Origin: Amoebophrya sp. A120
Taxonomy: Eukaryota > Protista > Dinoflagellata
Length of the DNA stretch: 64,000 nucleotides
Direction of reading: 5' to 3'
NCBI GenBank assembly: GCA_905178155.1
Contig: CAJINV010000027.1
Coordinates: 247,697 to 311,696 of the forward strand
Shown here in pieces: positions 35,001 to 45,300 of the stretch. The notes below the pieces were generated by a model. The model worked only from the letters and a program-made list of their open reading frames with translations, was not told the DNA's origin and searched no databases. The first letter of the stretch is position 1; each line of letters begins with the position of its first letter. Both the position numbers and the translations under genes were made by a program.

Positions 35001-38000
35001 TTTCTGCGCCCCTGGGCGGGGCGCCCCCCCCAAAGGACTACCCACGACCAACCGAGGGCGCGGCCCTCCTGGAGCCTGTTCTCCCGAACCAGGGTGGGCG
35101 CGCGGACCTGTTTCTGCGCCCCTGGGCGGGGCGCCCCCCCCAAAGGACTACCCACGACCAACCGAGGGCGCGGCCTTCCTGGAGCCTGTTCTCCCGAACC
35201 AGGGTGGGCGCGCGGACCTGTTTCTGCGCCCCTGGGCGGGGCGCCCCCCCCAAAGGACTACCCACCCACGACCATGCGAGGGGGGGCGCGGCCACCTTCC
35301 TGGAGCCTGTTTTCCCGAACCAGGGCGCACAGAACTGTTTCTGCGCCCCTGGGCGGGGCGCCCCCCCAACAGGACTACCCACGACCAAGTGAGGGGGGGC
35401 GCGGCCTTCCTGGGGGCTGTTAGTTCGCTTCGCACTCCCGAATCAGGCCGCGCGGACCTGTTTCTGCGCCCCTGGGCGGGGTGCCCCCCCCAATGAATAG
35501 GCAGCCAACCTTTGGCCGCCGGGGTCGGGCCTGACTCTTGAAAAGTGGCCCCCGGGGCCGGGTGTTCCTTTTCCGAAGTCAGGCGGGGGGCATATTTTGG
35601 GTTGTGCAGGAGGTTTTTCTTTTTGCCGGTTCGGGTCGTGTTTGATACCCCGGAACAGGGGTCGGAACATACTCCGCAACACACCCCAGAACACACCCCG
35701 AAACACACCTCAGACCATGCCCCGAAAGCCACTCTCCGAAAGTCAGGTCCGGGGTCGGACCCGACTCCCTAAAAGTGACCTCCGGGGCCGGGTGTCACTT
35801 TTCCGGAGTCAGGTGTGGGGTATGTTTTGGGGGGTGCAGGACGTTTCTGCCGATTCAGGTCGTGATTGATACCCCGGAACATGGGTCGGAACATACCCCC
35901 GAACACCCCCCGAAAACTCATTTTTGGGCAGTTGCTGCAGTTCAAATAGTAATCTTCCAATCTTCCAGACCCACACGCTTTTACACTTGATAACTGGTAC
36001 GTATAGCGGATTCTCGCAGTCGCAGCAGCAAGCTCAGAGTCGTGCACCCTACAGCCAGTACGGGCAGAATTTGGGTACTACCAATCCGCTGGCACAGAAT
36101 CTCTCCATCGGCGGCTCGCAGGTTATCAAAATGAAAAGCGCAGCCCCGTCTCCGGACTCGTTTCAAATGTTTGCGCTGCAAAGTTTTCAAGTGGGCGGGC
36201 TTTGTCGTGTATGCTCGGAATAAAATTCCAGTTGCTACAATATGCAAGGCTTCCGGAATATTATCATTTAGGAAAATTTGCAATGCAAATGTGTCCACGT
36301 GCTTCGGTCGCGAGGGCAGTTTTTATTCTGATACAGGTGCAGCAAAATCAGCTGCCATACAACTCGACGCAATCGGCCACACTACACCCCTCTGGTATGC
36401 AAGTACCCATGGGCCAATCGGGTCCGCAACAAGGCACTGGTATCGACTGCAAATATGTCTCGGTCTGGGTAAGAGCACGCGAACTTGTCATGCTGGGTAT
36501 ATAGCATGACAAAGCAATGTTTTATAGAGCATGAACGCATCACAAATCTTTCGGCTGTTGTTGCAAGGTGAGTCGTGTTTTGCATGACAAACTCCCTCTT
36601 CGAGCATGACAGAAAAAATGGTCACTCCTATTCAGGCATCACAAATCTTCTTATGCTTCAATTTTCGCATAACATATCCAGACCCAGACATATTTGCAAT
36701 GCAGGACTGGATTCGCACGACAATCGCCACCGACGTTGGTGCAGCACCAGACCTTTATGCATTACAAAAATGTCGAGCTAGTACAACTTGCATGAAAATA
36801 TCTTTGGAAAGAAAATTGCAATCTGTGATGCAAATTTCGCTCGGGAAAGCAGATCTGTCATGCATAGCTGCAATTTATACGGAGGCTCCGATACTCTTGT
36901 ACGGCATAACCTTGCCACAGCAACCAAACGTCGGCTCGCAAGTTTTCGGCGGACAAAACGTCCCAACACCGCAGCAGCAGTTCCTGATGCAGCTCCCGGC
37001 GGGTTCGCAACTGGCCCACCAGCATGTTCCGCAAACGTCCGCAAATTACCTTGGGCACGACCCAACTGCCAGGCAGCAGCAGGTGCTGTTAAACTCGACA
37101 CCGGCCGCCCAAAGTTCTGTGCAACAGAAAATGTCGGGGGGAACTACAGTGCTGATACCCAGTAGCGCGCAACAATTTGCTCCTATCGCAGGTAGCGGGC
37201 CGCAAGTTCCTCTGCAAGCCATCATGCAGACCACGCCACCGCTCCAGCAAGCACAGACGATGGAGTCGCAGGCGATGCCGACGCAGCCGATGCAGCTGCG
37301 CGTACTACCCCAGACAGTGCCATCCATGGAATCGGTATCGACACGAAACGTGGTGCTGCAACGGCAGGTGCTAGTACCCGCACAGCCGCAACAGCAAACG
37401 CTGTTGCAGCAGCAGCCGGGCGACGCGACAACGATGGCGCAGCCGGCAGTGCGGGTCGGGCAGCACCTACAACCCGCGATGCCAACATTGCAGTACAGAC
37501 CCGTCCTTTTACCGCAGCAGCTTGTGGCCTCCCAAATAATGCAACCACAAGCGTTGCAGCAGCGAGCCATCCTAGCCCCGCAGCAGATGGTACCATATTC
37601 TTCAGAAAAGTACACCCAACATGATACCAGGGAAAAAAAATGAGCCTAGTCATGCTTCCTTCTGTGTCACAAAAATATTCTGTAGCATGTTCATGACAAA
37701 CCTAGTGGGCATCTTTTTCATGCTGGAGCACATCACATCATTCATCACGCATGACAGGAGCTTACCGCAGTTGTAGATCAGCAGCACAAATTTTTTCGTG
37801 CGAGAAAAAAAACAGCAACACAAATTGATTTTTCCCGGTTGTAGTGTGGGTGTAGTTTTCTGAAGGATGTACCTGTACGACCACAAATGGTCATGGCGCC
37901 GCAGCAAGTAGCGATCCAAAACCCGCAGCGGCAATCGTTTGTCCCGCCTGCAGGTCTACCAATGAACTCGCAGCTGCAAAGCAGACCACCCATGGCACAG

Positions 38001-38670
38001 TACGGACAGGCAGCAGGAGGTGTACAAGCGAACCTCGGCGTTGCTGCAAGCCCGAGAGGAGTACTTCGCCCAGCCGCGGGAGAGGGAAACCAGATCAGCA
38101 CGCCTCGGGAACCGGGCGGCCGGGGGGTATTTGAGTCGTTGCAATGTCTGCTTGTGATGCATATGATACTTTACTCACCGCATGAATGTCCTGTCCCGTT
38201 CCTGTATGTGCTTTCGTGCATGACAAAGAACTTCCAAATTTGCATACCATGCATGCTTCCGAATCATGCATTACAAAGTTAAAGTTATTGATTTTACAAA
38301 TCAGCATTACAACTACATTCCAGGCAGCGACCAACCCCTTCGCTAAGTACGACGTGCGGCGTTTTTTGAATGGTATCCCGGGTAAAAGTGTCGCCAGCCC
38401 GTATCTGTCATGCAAATTTGCATGCCGAAAATGCAGTTCCTCATGCGCAGCTACATGAGCTGCAACTTCTAATTGTGTTTTGGAATTTGTCATGCCAGAA
38501 TAAGCAGGAGAAGATCGGTTTGTGATGCGACTGAGCTAGCTAAATACGATTACGCTGCGAGCCCCACCTTGTCATGCGCAACAGCCAAAACTTGTTCATT
38601 TGTGTAGCAAATTCCCAATCCTGACTACGGGGTGGAGACGCTTTTACACAGGATGAACGGCACCCCATAG
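23085..38670 (+). CDS. Epsin-like ENTH-domain protein with UBA-like segment, Q-rich region and C-terminal NPF motif, multi-exon
   Basis: Joined exons give LKEALNNNNWGCGNTILYDIA...WRRVWKALNLIEIILKHG...DWRYQENQKDVTAGIRDKAKKIQQLLQDPDLLRKER (ENTH), LLRAADGNVEDACNKFF (UBA-like) and ATNPFAKY...LNGTP*. The start may instead be the ATG near 27679. Confidence 0.85.
23165..25357 (+). CDS. ORF of the nested element: RT-thumb-like and RNase H-like segments, N-terminally truncated
   Basis: RILGAVIT...LVVMFYLSGLLYLLP resembles the LINE RT thumb. LVDGA / ELSDF / VLPNH resemble RNase H motifs. The listed ATG lies inside the introner. Recognised by eye only. Confidence 0.5.
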   Translation: MQICMPKKFFGIQLLRKRATRILGAVITLQGIDEQRAATQGQIASAIGLGQHLAAKVMASQREMAGEELRWLVVMFYLSGLLYLLPLMQVILQPSEWADLLMDMATAIAEALGFSKRAWAEMTARAQLQPQCFYRVIFSENCLALLDPFIMSIKLLRSACQSSILTDMEFLLPRAVYPVKVLGSGEHGVRHGDKEDLKEQAQADTALVQALVDGAATRISHRSDLRVAGFVKDRTLGRGRMPPGLPVYEVRASSDLSATICVERSTGNVFAQCKTKLEHLKVEARRQERRFLAYVSNALTLLQLVTQHSHGVRKVGVELSDFKRLQANTRGPLRQGHGIVLSLVEALEGAQALGYEVRREVLPNHQKDFKPVDASLPGHTVPLQIVNVAQHDNCYTTWPVYEFGADTYKLPPVRDWPKMNRTKRTLYLGECLGLSQGQEAKQQEGSAEVPSAPSQDEGKGGEVANHAGSDKQGPGPGADSQTSLKEGHESAAADPLRKFHTEADCLALSRVIGKELGKSKKHYAAAHAPTQGTRGGGEAPDAPQMENAASSSSSIEHKRCDQLTRSERKRFQVRGPAGTGDSSNELARGSGNASADRDQEKGGSTSSEAQAAKATPSLAKECSTGQLPVQLKGQNNTREAARVEQKQASVNASAKHAKPFGGPLGVEVGKFQRLLDVVHLMEPASSGDHQETKGDRLEREQLSPRSWGEMLRRVTGKKKEELRVEYILGV
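23190..26345 (+). mobile_element. 5'-truncated non-LTR retrotransposon (LINE)-like insertion with (ATG)5 tail
   Basis: Intron-free ORF open from the 5' junction, about 1 kb of 3' region, and a terminal ATG microsatellite at 26331-26345. Confidence 0.6.
26629..26947. mobile_element. Introner, family B
   Basis: TIR, TSD GGCGT/AGCGT. Confidence 0.9.
27313..27654. mobile_element. Introner, family A
   Basis: TIR, TSD CACCC. Confidence 0.92.
27718..27926. mobile_element. Introner (TATCCAAGAAAAAA TIR)
   Basis: TIR, TSD TGCGC. Confidence 0.88.
28201..29795. mobile_element. Introner expanded by a 1.2-kb GC-rich insert
   Basis: TIR tatccagcgtaaaaa / tttttacgcaggata. The ENTH frame is restored on removal. 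Confidence 0.8.
28880..29744. repeat. Tandem array of about 193-bp units, each with a 33-bp palindrome
   Basis: AGGCGAAACGCTCAC-nnn-GTGAGCGTTTCGCCT at 28975, 29168, 29361 and 29553. Confidence 0.95.
30484..30765. mobile_element. Introner, family C
   Basis: TIR, TSD ACCAG. Confidence 0.9.
30802..31372. mobile_element. Degenerate family B introner hosting a nested family A element
   Basis: TSD GCGCT. Removal gives FLDWR/YQENQKD. Confidence 0.8.
30828..31079. mobile_element. Family A element nested in another introner
   Basis: TIR, TSD TCTCC. Confidence 0.92.
32028..32236. mobile_element. Introner, family D, reverse orientation to 14231-14439
   Basis: TIR, TSD GGCCA. Confidence 0.9.
33864..34129. 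mobile_element. Introner, family A
   Basis: TIR, TSD CGGCA. Confidence 0.9.
34222..35992. mobile_element. Family A introner expanded by a 1.5-kb GC-rich repeat insert
   Basis: TIRs at both ends, TSD ACTGG. Confidence 0.88.
34605..35495. repeat. GC-rich minisatellite, 9 units of 86-123 bp
   Basis: Core TTTCTGCGCCCCTGGGCGGGGCGCCCCCCC at about 34610, 34717, 34807, 34915, 35001, 35111, 35221, 35338 and 35461. Confidence 0.95.
38374..38655. mobile_element. Introner, family C
   Basis: TIR ending GATG, TSD AATGG/AACGG. Confidence 0.85.
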
Positions 38671-39336
38671 TCAAGGAGGTGCACAGGACCGTGTTTTTTT
38701 CAAGTACATCACAGCAGCTTTGCGGAAAGCCAAGTTCTTTCCCGTTTGGCCTGCGAGTGCATCAGGGACTCGTTGTTTTCACCAGTCTTTACCGTTTCGA
38801 AAAATTTAGACAGGAATCTTCGAAAAAAATCAAGCAATATAATTCCAATGTTATGACAATGAAGGAGGTACAACTTGGGCAAAAAAATTATCATCTGCAA
38901 AAAGATACAGTAGTTGCTCTATGCTACACATGTGGTTACAACATGGCAGGGGATTTTGATGTCAGAAGCAGGTAGTTTATTTGCTGTACAATTCGTGACC
39001 CGAAAGAAGTCACGTCTGTCCTGCTAGCGTTTTCGTGCCTTTACAAATTCGGCTTCATCTCAAGAACGACCAGCGGAAATAAAAATCCAGCGGGAGAACG
39101 CGCGCCCTGAATCATGTCTCCCGCGAGGACACATATTTTTCTAGATTTCAAAAGGTACGGCAGATATCTTGTGCTTACCATGTTCTTCTTGCTTTCCCCT
39201 CGGAATGCTGGTATCCGACGTTGAAAAAAAGCTTTCTCTTCCTTCAAAACGTTCCTTTTTCGCGTTACCACCTTGTTTTTGTGGGCAATAGTGTAAATCG
39301 TTTTGGTTTTTATGATCAGAAAACCACTGTACAAGA

Positions 39337-42300
39337 TGGCTCCCTTTTCGCACGGCCTGCGCATGGCGCGTACATTTCTAATGCGGCTTTGCTGCTTATG
39401 CAAATTCGCCATCGCCGATTTTGACTTCGAAAGCCTGTTTGGCAACGTGGGACTTGAATCGTGGGATAAATATGCAGCCAGCGACGCGAATGGCGACGAC
39501 GCGAATGATCTCGCGGAAAAGTTGGAAGAATTCTCCAATGGTAGCTACGAGTACGAGACCGTGAGATTAAGCTGGGACGGCATTTTGTTAGTCGACTGGA
39601 AAACACTCGCACACACAAGAAACGCACGCCGGCCCCACTTGCCTCGCTCGTTCTAGTGGTTCAATTTTCCCAATTCGAGCAAGCAAGCGACGCAGGGTCG
39701 CGTGCTCCGTTCGCATTCTGTTTTGAGATGCACGAAGAAGAATCAGCGCACTCTGCCCATGAGTTCCACGAACGGCGCGCGGCGTGGCGTGGGCTCGTGA
39801 AATTTCTGGGACGAATCTCAGCCACAGTGATGGCGGCAATATTAGTTCTCAGCCCCAGGAGGCTCAGTCGTGTGGGCCATATCCAAAAAGGGTCGCTCGA
39901 AACCTAATTTAGCTTCTGCCGCTCGGGCTTGCAGAAGGAAATAGGATAAGCGACAGCAGCGCCCTGCGGTTTTGCACCTAGTAAAATGCCGGGAAACTGG
40001 CGGGGCCTTTTCTGTAAGATCTAAGACACGGCGGACCGTTTTGTCGGTCTTGCACTTTAAAACAGGCCACGTTGGCTTTCAGCCCCATCGCCTCCGCTAT
40101 CCCGGTAACCCTAGCGAGGCCGCACTGACTTGGGAGAACACCACCGGGGGAATAGAATAAGAAAATAGCTATCGGCCAACATTCCGGTCCGCTGGGTTTT
40201 TCGTCGGGTTGTGGTATTTCAGGGGGGGAAAATCAGGCGCCGACTGGGGCTGTCGTGTTGCGTGTGTGCGAAGTCGCTTTCCATAGCCGCCAGATGCCGG
40301 GCGACGTACCGAATAGGGAACAGTTAGGCGACTACGACTTTGACGGCGACGGGGCTTTTGGGCTCTCAGAGATGAAGATCATGCACGACCTGAAGCTCGG
40401 CGACGCCAACGGAGTTGGTGAAGGCGTGGCGAAGCTCCTGTGCCCCAGCGATTGTGACGTGTCGAAGTACGACCTGGACGAGAACAACCACTATTCGCAC
40501 ACTGAGCTGAAGTTTCTTGCGAGGTCAATAAAAGACCAGGGCGGTGAGCTCCCAGACTGGAAGGGGTTTGTTGGACTTTGAACACACCTGCCACACTGAG
40601 TGCCTGAAGCTTCTAGCTGGCGAGATGCCTCGCAATCCCCCAGCGCTTTAACCCCTCAGCAGACAGGGCGAAAGCCTCGGGCTGCGTTGCATCCATCCCG
40701 TGGCGCCTCAGCGTTCAAGGCGCACCACCGCCATCATGCCATCAAGCTGGGCTCTGGAGGTACCTCAGACCCGCCATTCAGGTCTCGAGCCATTTCCGAC
40801 CTCCCTCCACGTCGTCGCTGATGGATTTGATTCGGGACCGAGGTCCTGGGTAGAGGTTTTACTCAGGGCGGCGGCTCTGGATAAAGTACCTGCTCAGGAT
40901 CTGTATACCCTGAAAGCAAGGACCCAGAGTGGGGCAGCCCACTCCGCGACGGCTACAGATGGGAAGGTAGACCCAGATGACCGCCTGCCCATTCTGGGAA
41001 AGGTTTTTATTCAGGGCGGCGGTCCTGGATAAAGTTTGCACCCAGGGCGGCAGTCCTGCGGCTCAGGTCGCGAACAGGATCTGAACCCGTCTTCAATTCA
41101 TCTGTCATTATTTGCATTTGTGGAACAGAGGACGGCTCGGGACCTCATAGAAGCTTCAGGCCTGCGTGGGGGGAGGGTTTCGATCGCATGACCGAAAAAC
41201 TTTGACAAAGACGCGGCCAAGGTTGTGTATCCCGACCAGCTAACCAAAATCGACAGCGGCAAAGACTTTATAGACATCTTCGACACCGATACCGACGGCT
41301 GGTATTCCTTCCACGAGTTGAAGGCGATGCAACAATTTCCTAAGCACGGTCCGCAGCACCTGAAAGAGTACTACGACATGGACGGCGACGGGGAACTTAG
41401 TCACTACGAAGTCAGGCTCGCAATGAGCAGGGCCGCGCATGTAACGGTCGGCGCCATCTACAACGAGCAGGGCGGCGACGTTCATGCGGAACAACGTTCC
41501 GACTTGGAGCTGTTTACGAAGATTTCATCCTCGGGTGAAGACCACAAACTCGAACCAGAAGAGGCACGACTGGCGCTTTGGCACGAAGGTGAGAAATATG
41601 ATCGGGCCGAGTACAACCATGAGCAGAACGAGCAGCTCGCTGAGCACGTAAAAGCGGGAGGACACAACTTAGCCTACCACGACATCATGAGTGACACGAA
41701 TCACGGCCACCACAACCTCGCCCATGCAAAGTGGCAAAAAGTACACGACGTACTGCAAATAAACGGCTACCTGTCGGAGAAGGCGTTCGAGCTGCGGGAC
41801 CTGGATGGCGACAAGAAGATTAGCAGCAACGAGCTCAATATGATCGTGAGAAAAAACTGTCTCAGTCTCAACTTGTAATGCGCAACTTGTTCCTTCAGAC
41901 AGTTTTTTGTCGTGCTCGACATGCAATCAAAGGAAACTCCGTACGTGTTTTCTCTTGCATGTAAACAGTCACAGATTTTGCGTGTGATGCTAAGGAAATT
42001 TGTGTATCTGAAACTGCAAAGGTCTGAGACAGAGAACGTGTTTTCGTACGATACCCAAAGTCGCCGGCTTGCTGGGAAACGATCTACAAACGAAAGGCAA
42101 GATAGCCGTCGACAAAGCAAAGGTTTTGCTCCAGAGCATGAGCGCGACGAGCGACAACCCTTTGAAGCAGTGTACGGACGAAACAGGGTTCTGCGACTTC
42201 AACGGCGACGGATCTTTGACGGCTGAAGAAATCAAGCTTGCGAAACTCTGGGACGACAGTCCGCCCACTGCAAAAGTGAGTACGATTCTGGGAGATATCT

Positions 42301-45300
42301 TCCCCGACGCCACGGATTCGGAGATCAAAGGAGCTGACTTTGACGGTGACGGTGTATGGAATGTAAACAGGTCTGGGTCTGGAAAGGAGCTGTGATGCTG
42401 AATGGTCAGGATTGAGTCCGCCTTTAAATGCAGTGAAGCATGACAAATTATTTATAGAACGCTTTCTCATGCGTGGTGCGCATTACAAACTGCGACAGTG
42501 TTGCATCCGTGAGGTACTTCTGTTGCTTATGCAATACCAATTTTTCTGGAATGCGGGACACGCAATACCAGATTTTGCACATTTCCAGACCCAGACGTAT
42601 TTGCAGCGCATACGGTATCCTGTTGAACAACGTACCCCCTCTACACTTGCCACACAGATTTGCTTGTCCCGCACAATTCTCATGCCGCTACCCACGGAAG
42701 CCGTTTTCCCCATGGGAGCCGTTTTCTGGTGGTGTTTGGAAATTTGTCTTGCGTTGTGATCAGGATCAGAACGTCGGATTGTGATGCGGATGAACTAACT
42801 AGACACGACAGTCTTGCATGGCCAAGCTCGTCATACGTGAGCGCCAAAACCTGTCGATGTTTGTGATGTCCAGCCGATTTACAATCTTAACAAGGGGGGC
42901 CCGGACGTGTGTTTTCACAGGATGAACGGGCACCTGTCACAGAAAGAAATCGCGCTCCTGACTTTTGTATCAAAAAGACAAGCGCCCCACCACAGGATGT
43001 GGAACACATATATACACCCGACCTATAGACCATAACATAGTAGCCTGCGTCACAAATCGTTTTTTTCCACCCGTTATTCTGTCTTTTTCCTTTTCTCAAT
43101 GTAATTCATTTTTTGTACGTTCTCTGTGCTGTATAGTTGTCTTGTCTCCAGAACACATACTCCGGGGTGTGGGAACGCCCAGGGACACTTCGCCGGGGAA
43201 CATTTCCCACATTGTATGCATCAGCATGACAAATTTTTAGCCCAGAGCAGCGACACTCTACGTTGCACGATATCTGTCATGTCCTGGCGCGTTAGAGTCT
43301 GAACGAAAATGCGTCGCGTTCCCTCGATGCTACACAAAATCAATACAAACTGGCCGGTCGTCTGGTGGTGGGGCACTCTTTTCATTTTCATACTTTGAGC
43401 AGCAAGACCCTGACGATTTTGACCCGGACTCAGCAGCCAATAAGAAGTATCTTGACTAAAAATGTCCCAACCGCAGAGTTGCCATGCGGATTCTCAGTTG
43501 CAGGAAGATTTGTAATGCGCATCCCCACGTTGGGAATTCTTTGGCGTGATTTTTGATGTTGTAATAACACGATAGGCCGACGGCTCTGCGATCCACGGCT
43601 GTGCTTGCTAGCTTGCACTACACTACAGAGGAAAAATTGTCATGCGTAACTCCCAAAACTTGATGGGTTGCGTAAACCACGTACCCATCTTGACTCTCGG
43701 GTGAGGACGTTTTTAGACGGGATAAAGAGTTGCTCCCAGCTATCCTCGGTAGCGATCATCGCTTGGACTCTTACAAAATGCTGGATGGCGATGACAAGAA
43801 GCTCAGTCTGGAGGAGCTGCGGCTCGCTGTAAAACATCCGGAGACGAAGGATCTGCTGACGGCGCAGGATCTTCACACGGTTGCCGACGCGATGTTTCCA
43901 TCCGTTATCAAACTGAAAAGTGCCGGCCCCCAGAAAATACCGCGCGACGATTTTGTCTTGTGACGTTTCTCCATGAGGCTTTTTCGTCTTGCACAGAGAT
44001 AATGCGAGTCGGCATACCATGACAGACGATAGTGCCTGTACTCTGCCTCTGTGCAAGGCAGAAGAACTTCGCTATTCTGGGTTGAAAACTAGAGTTGCTG
44101 CTACACAGATGGGTGTAAATATGTTTCTACAGAGTGAAGAACAGTGTTTGTATTGCAAAAGAACCAGAAGTTGCGCAATACAAACACTTTCCCGGTCTGT
44201 GGCGGGTGGAGCAATTTTCAGTTTGATAATAAGGTCCGATAACGCACACATGCTCGACTTTAATGGAGACGGAAAACTCGAGAACAGTGAATTGCTATCC
44301 AAAAAGAACATAAAAAGTGCATTGTTGGTGTACCTCTGTCTTGCAGAATCTATGCATCTTACGGCCAGGCTACTTGCAGATAAGTAAATGGCTGCACGTA
44401 CCAGAGATGCATGGTAATTTTTTTGTATACATGCAGCTCTAATTTGTCGTGGTGCCGTCCCAAAAAGGTGTGCCCAAATGTGGAGGTTCTTTTCTTGGAT
44501 AATTACTGGCGGCTGGGCAATTGGGGGCGCTGGTGAACACCAACGGTAAAGCGGTTATCCAAGGAAAAAAGGGTTACAGTATACACATTTGTCGGAGTTT
44601 CTGCATGACAAAGAAAACCTGTGATGCGCAGACTATAAGGGAAAACACGATTGAAATGAGGCTGGCAAGCGTTTTCTGCATGACAAATGTTACCTGTCTT
44701 GCTTGTTTCGCAACACAGTGCGTAACTGTAACACTTTTTTCTTCGCATACCGGTAGACCTCGAGTTATTGCAGGACCAGCTGGACGCGCTTCCGTCGGGT
44801 TTGCGGTATTGCAAGGAAAACGCCCACCTCCCCATTTTGAAAACGTATCTTCTGAAAATTTGTGATGCGGATTTCGACCACAAACCCTGTCTGTCTTGCG
44901 AGAAGGCAAATCCAGGCTCTCTGCTACGCTATGCAGGCGATTTGTAATGCTGTAAGGACTACAGGACAGCCGTCTACCATGCTAGGCGCCTACACCAAAG
45001 GGCCCCTATCTCGGCTGGCGATCTGCGTGCAGTCCTCTACTGCAAGACAAATCTGATTCGTGTACGCAAATCCAGCATCACAGATTTCCTTTTCGATATA
45101 GGGAGGGGGGATTTTTCCTTTTGATTTGCGGCAAACTGCGCTGACGGGAATATCCTGCGACGGCGACCAAAACTTCGACCTGTGGGAGCTCGAGCTTTAC
45201 GTAAAGGCGGGCGGATTGACGACGGAAAAGGTGCACGATTCGGCAATCCGTGGCATCTTGGATCAGGCCAGCGCTACAACCATCTCCAAAGAAGAGTTCG

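Noticed and set aside
34436-35496. Three overlapping ORFs of over 300 aa
   Set aside because: They are stop-poor translations of a GC-rich minisatellite lying inside an intron.
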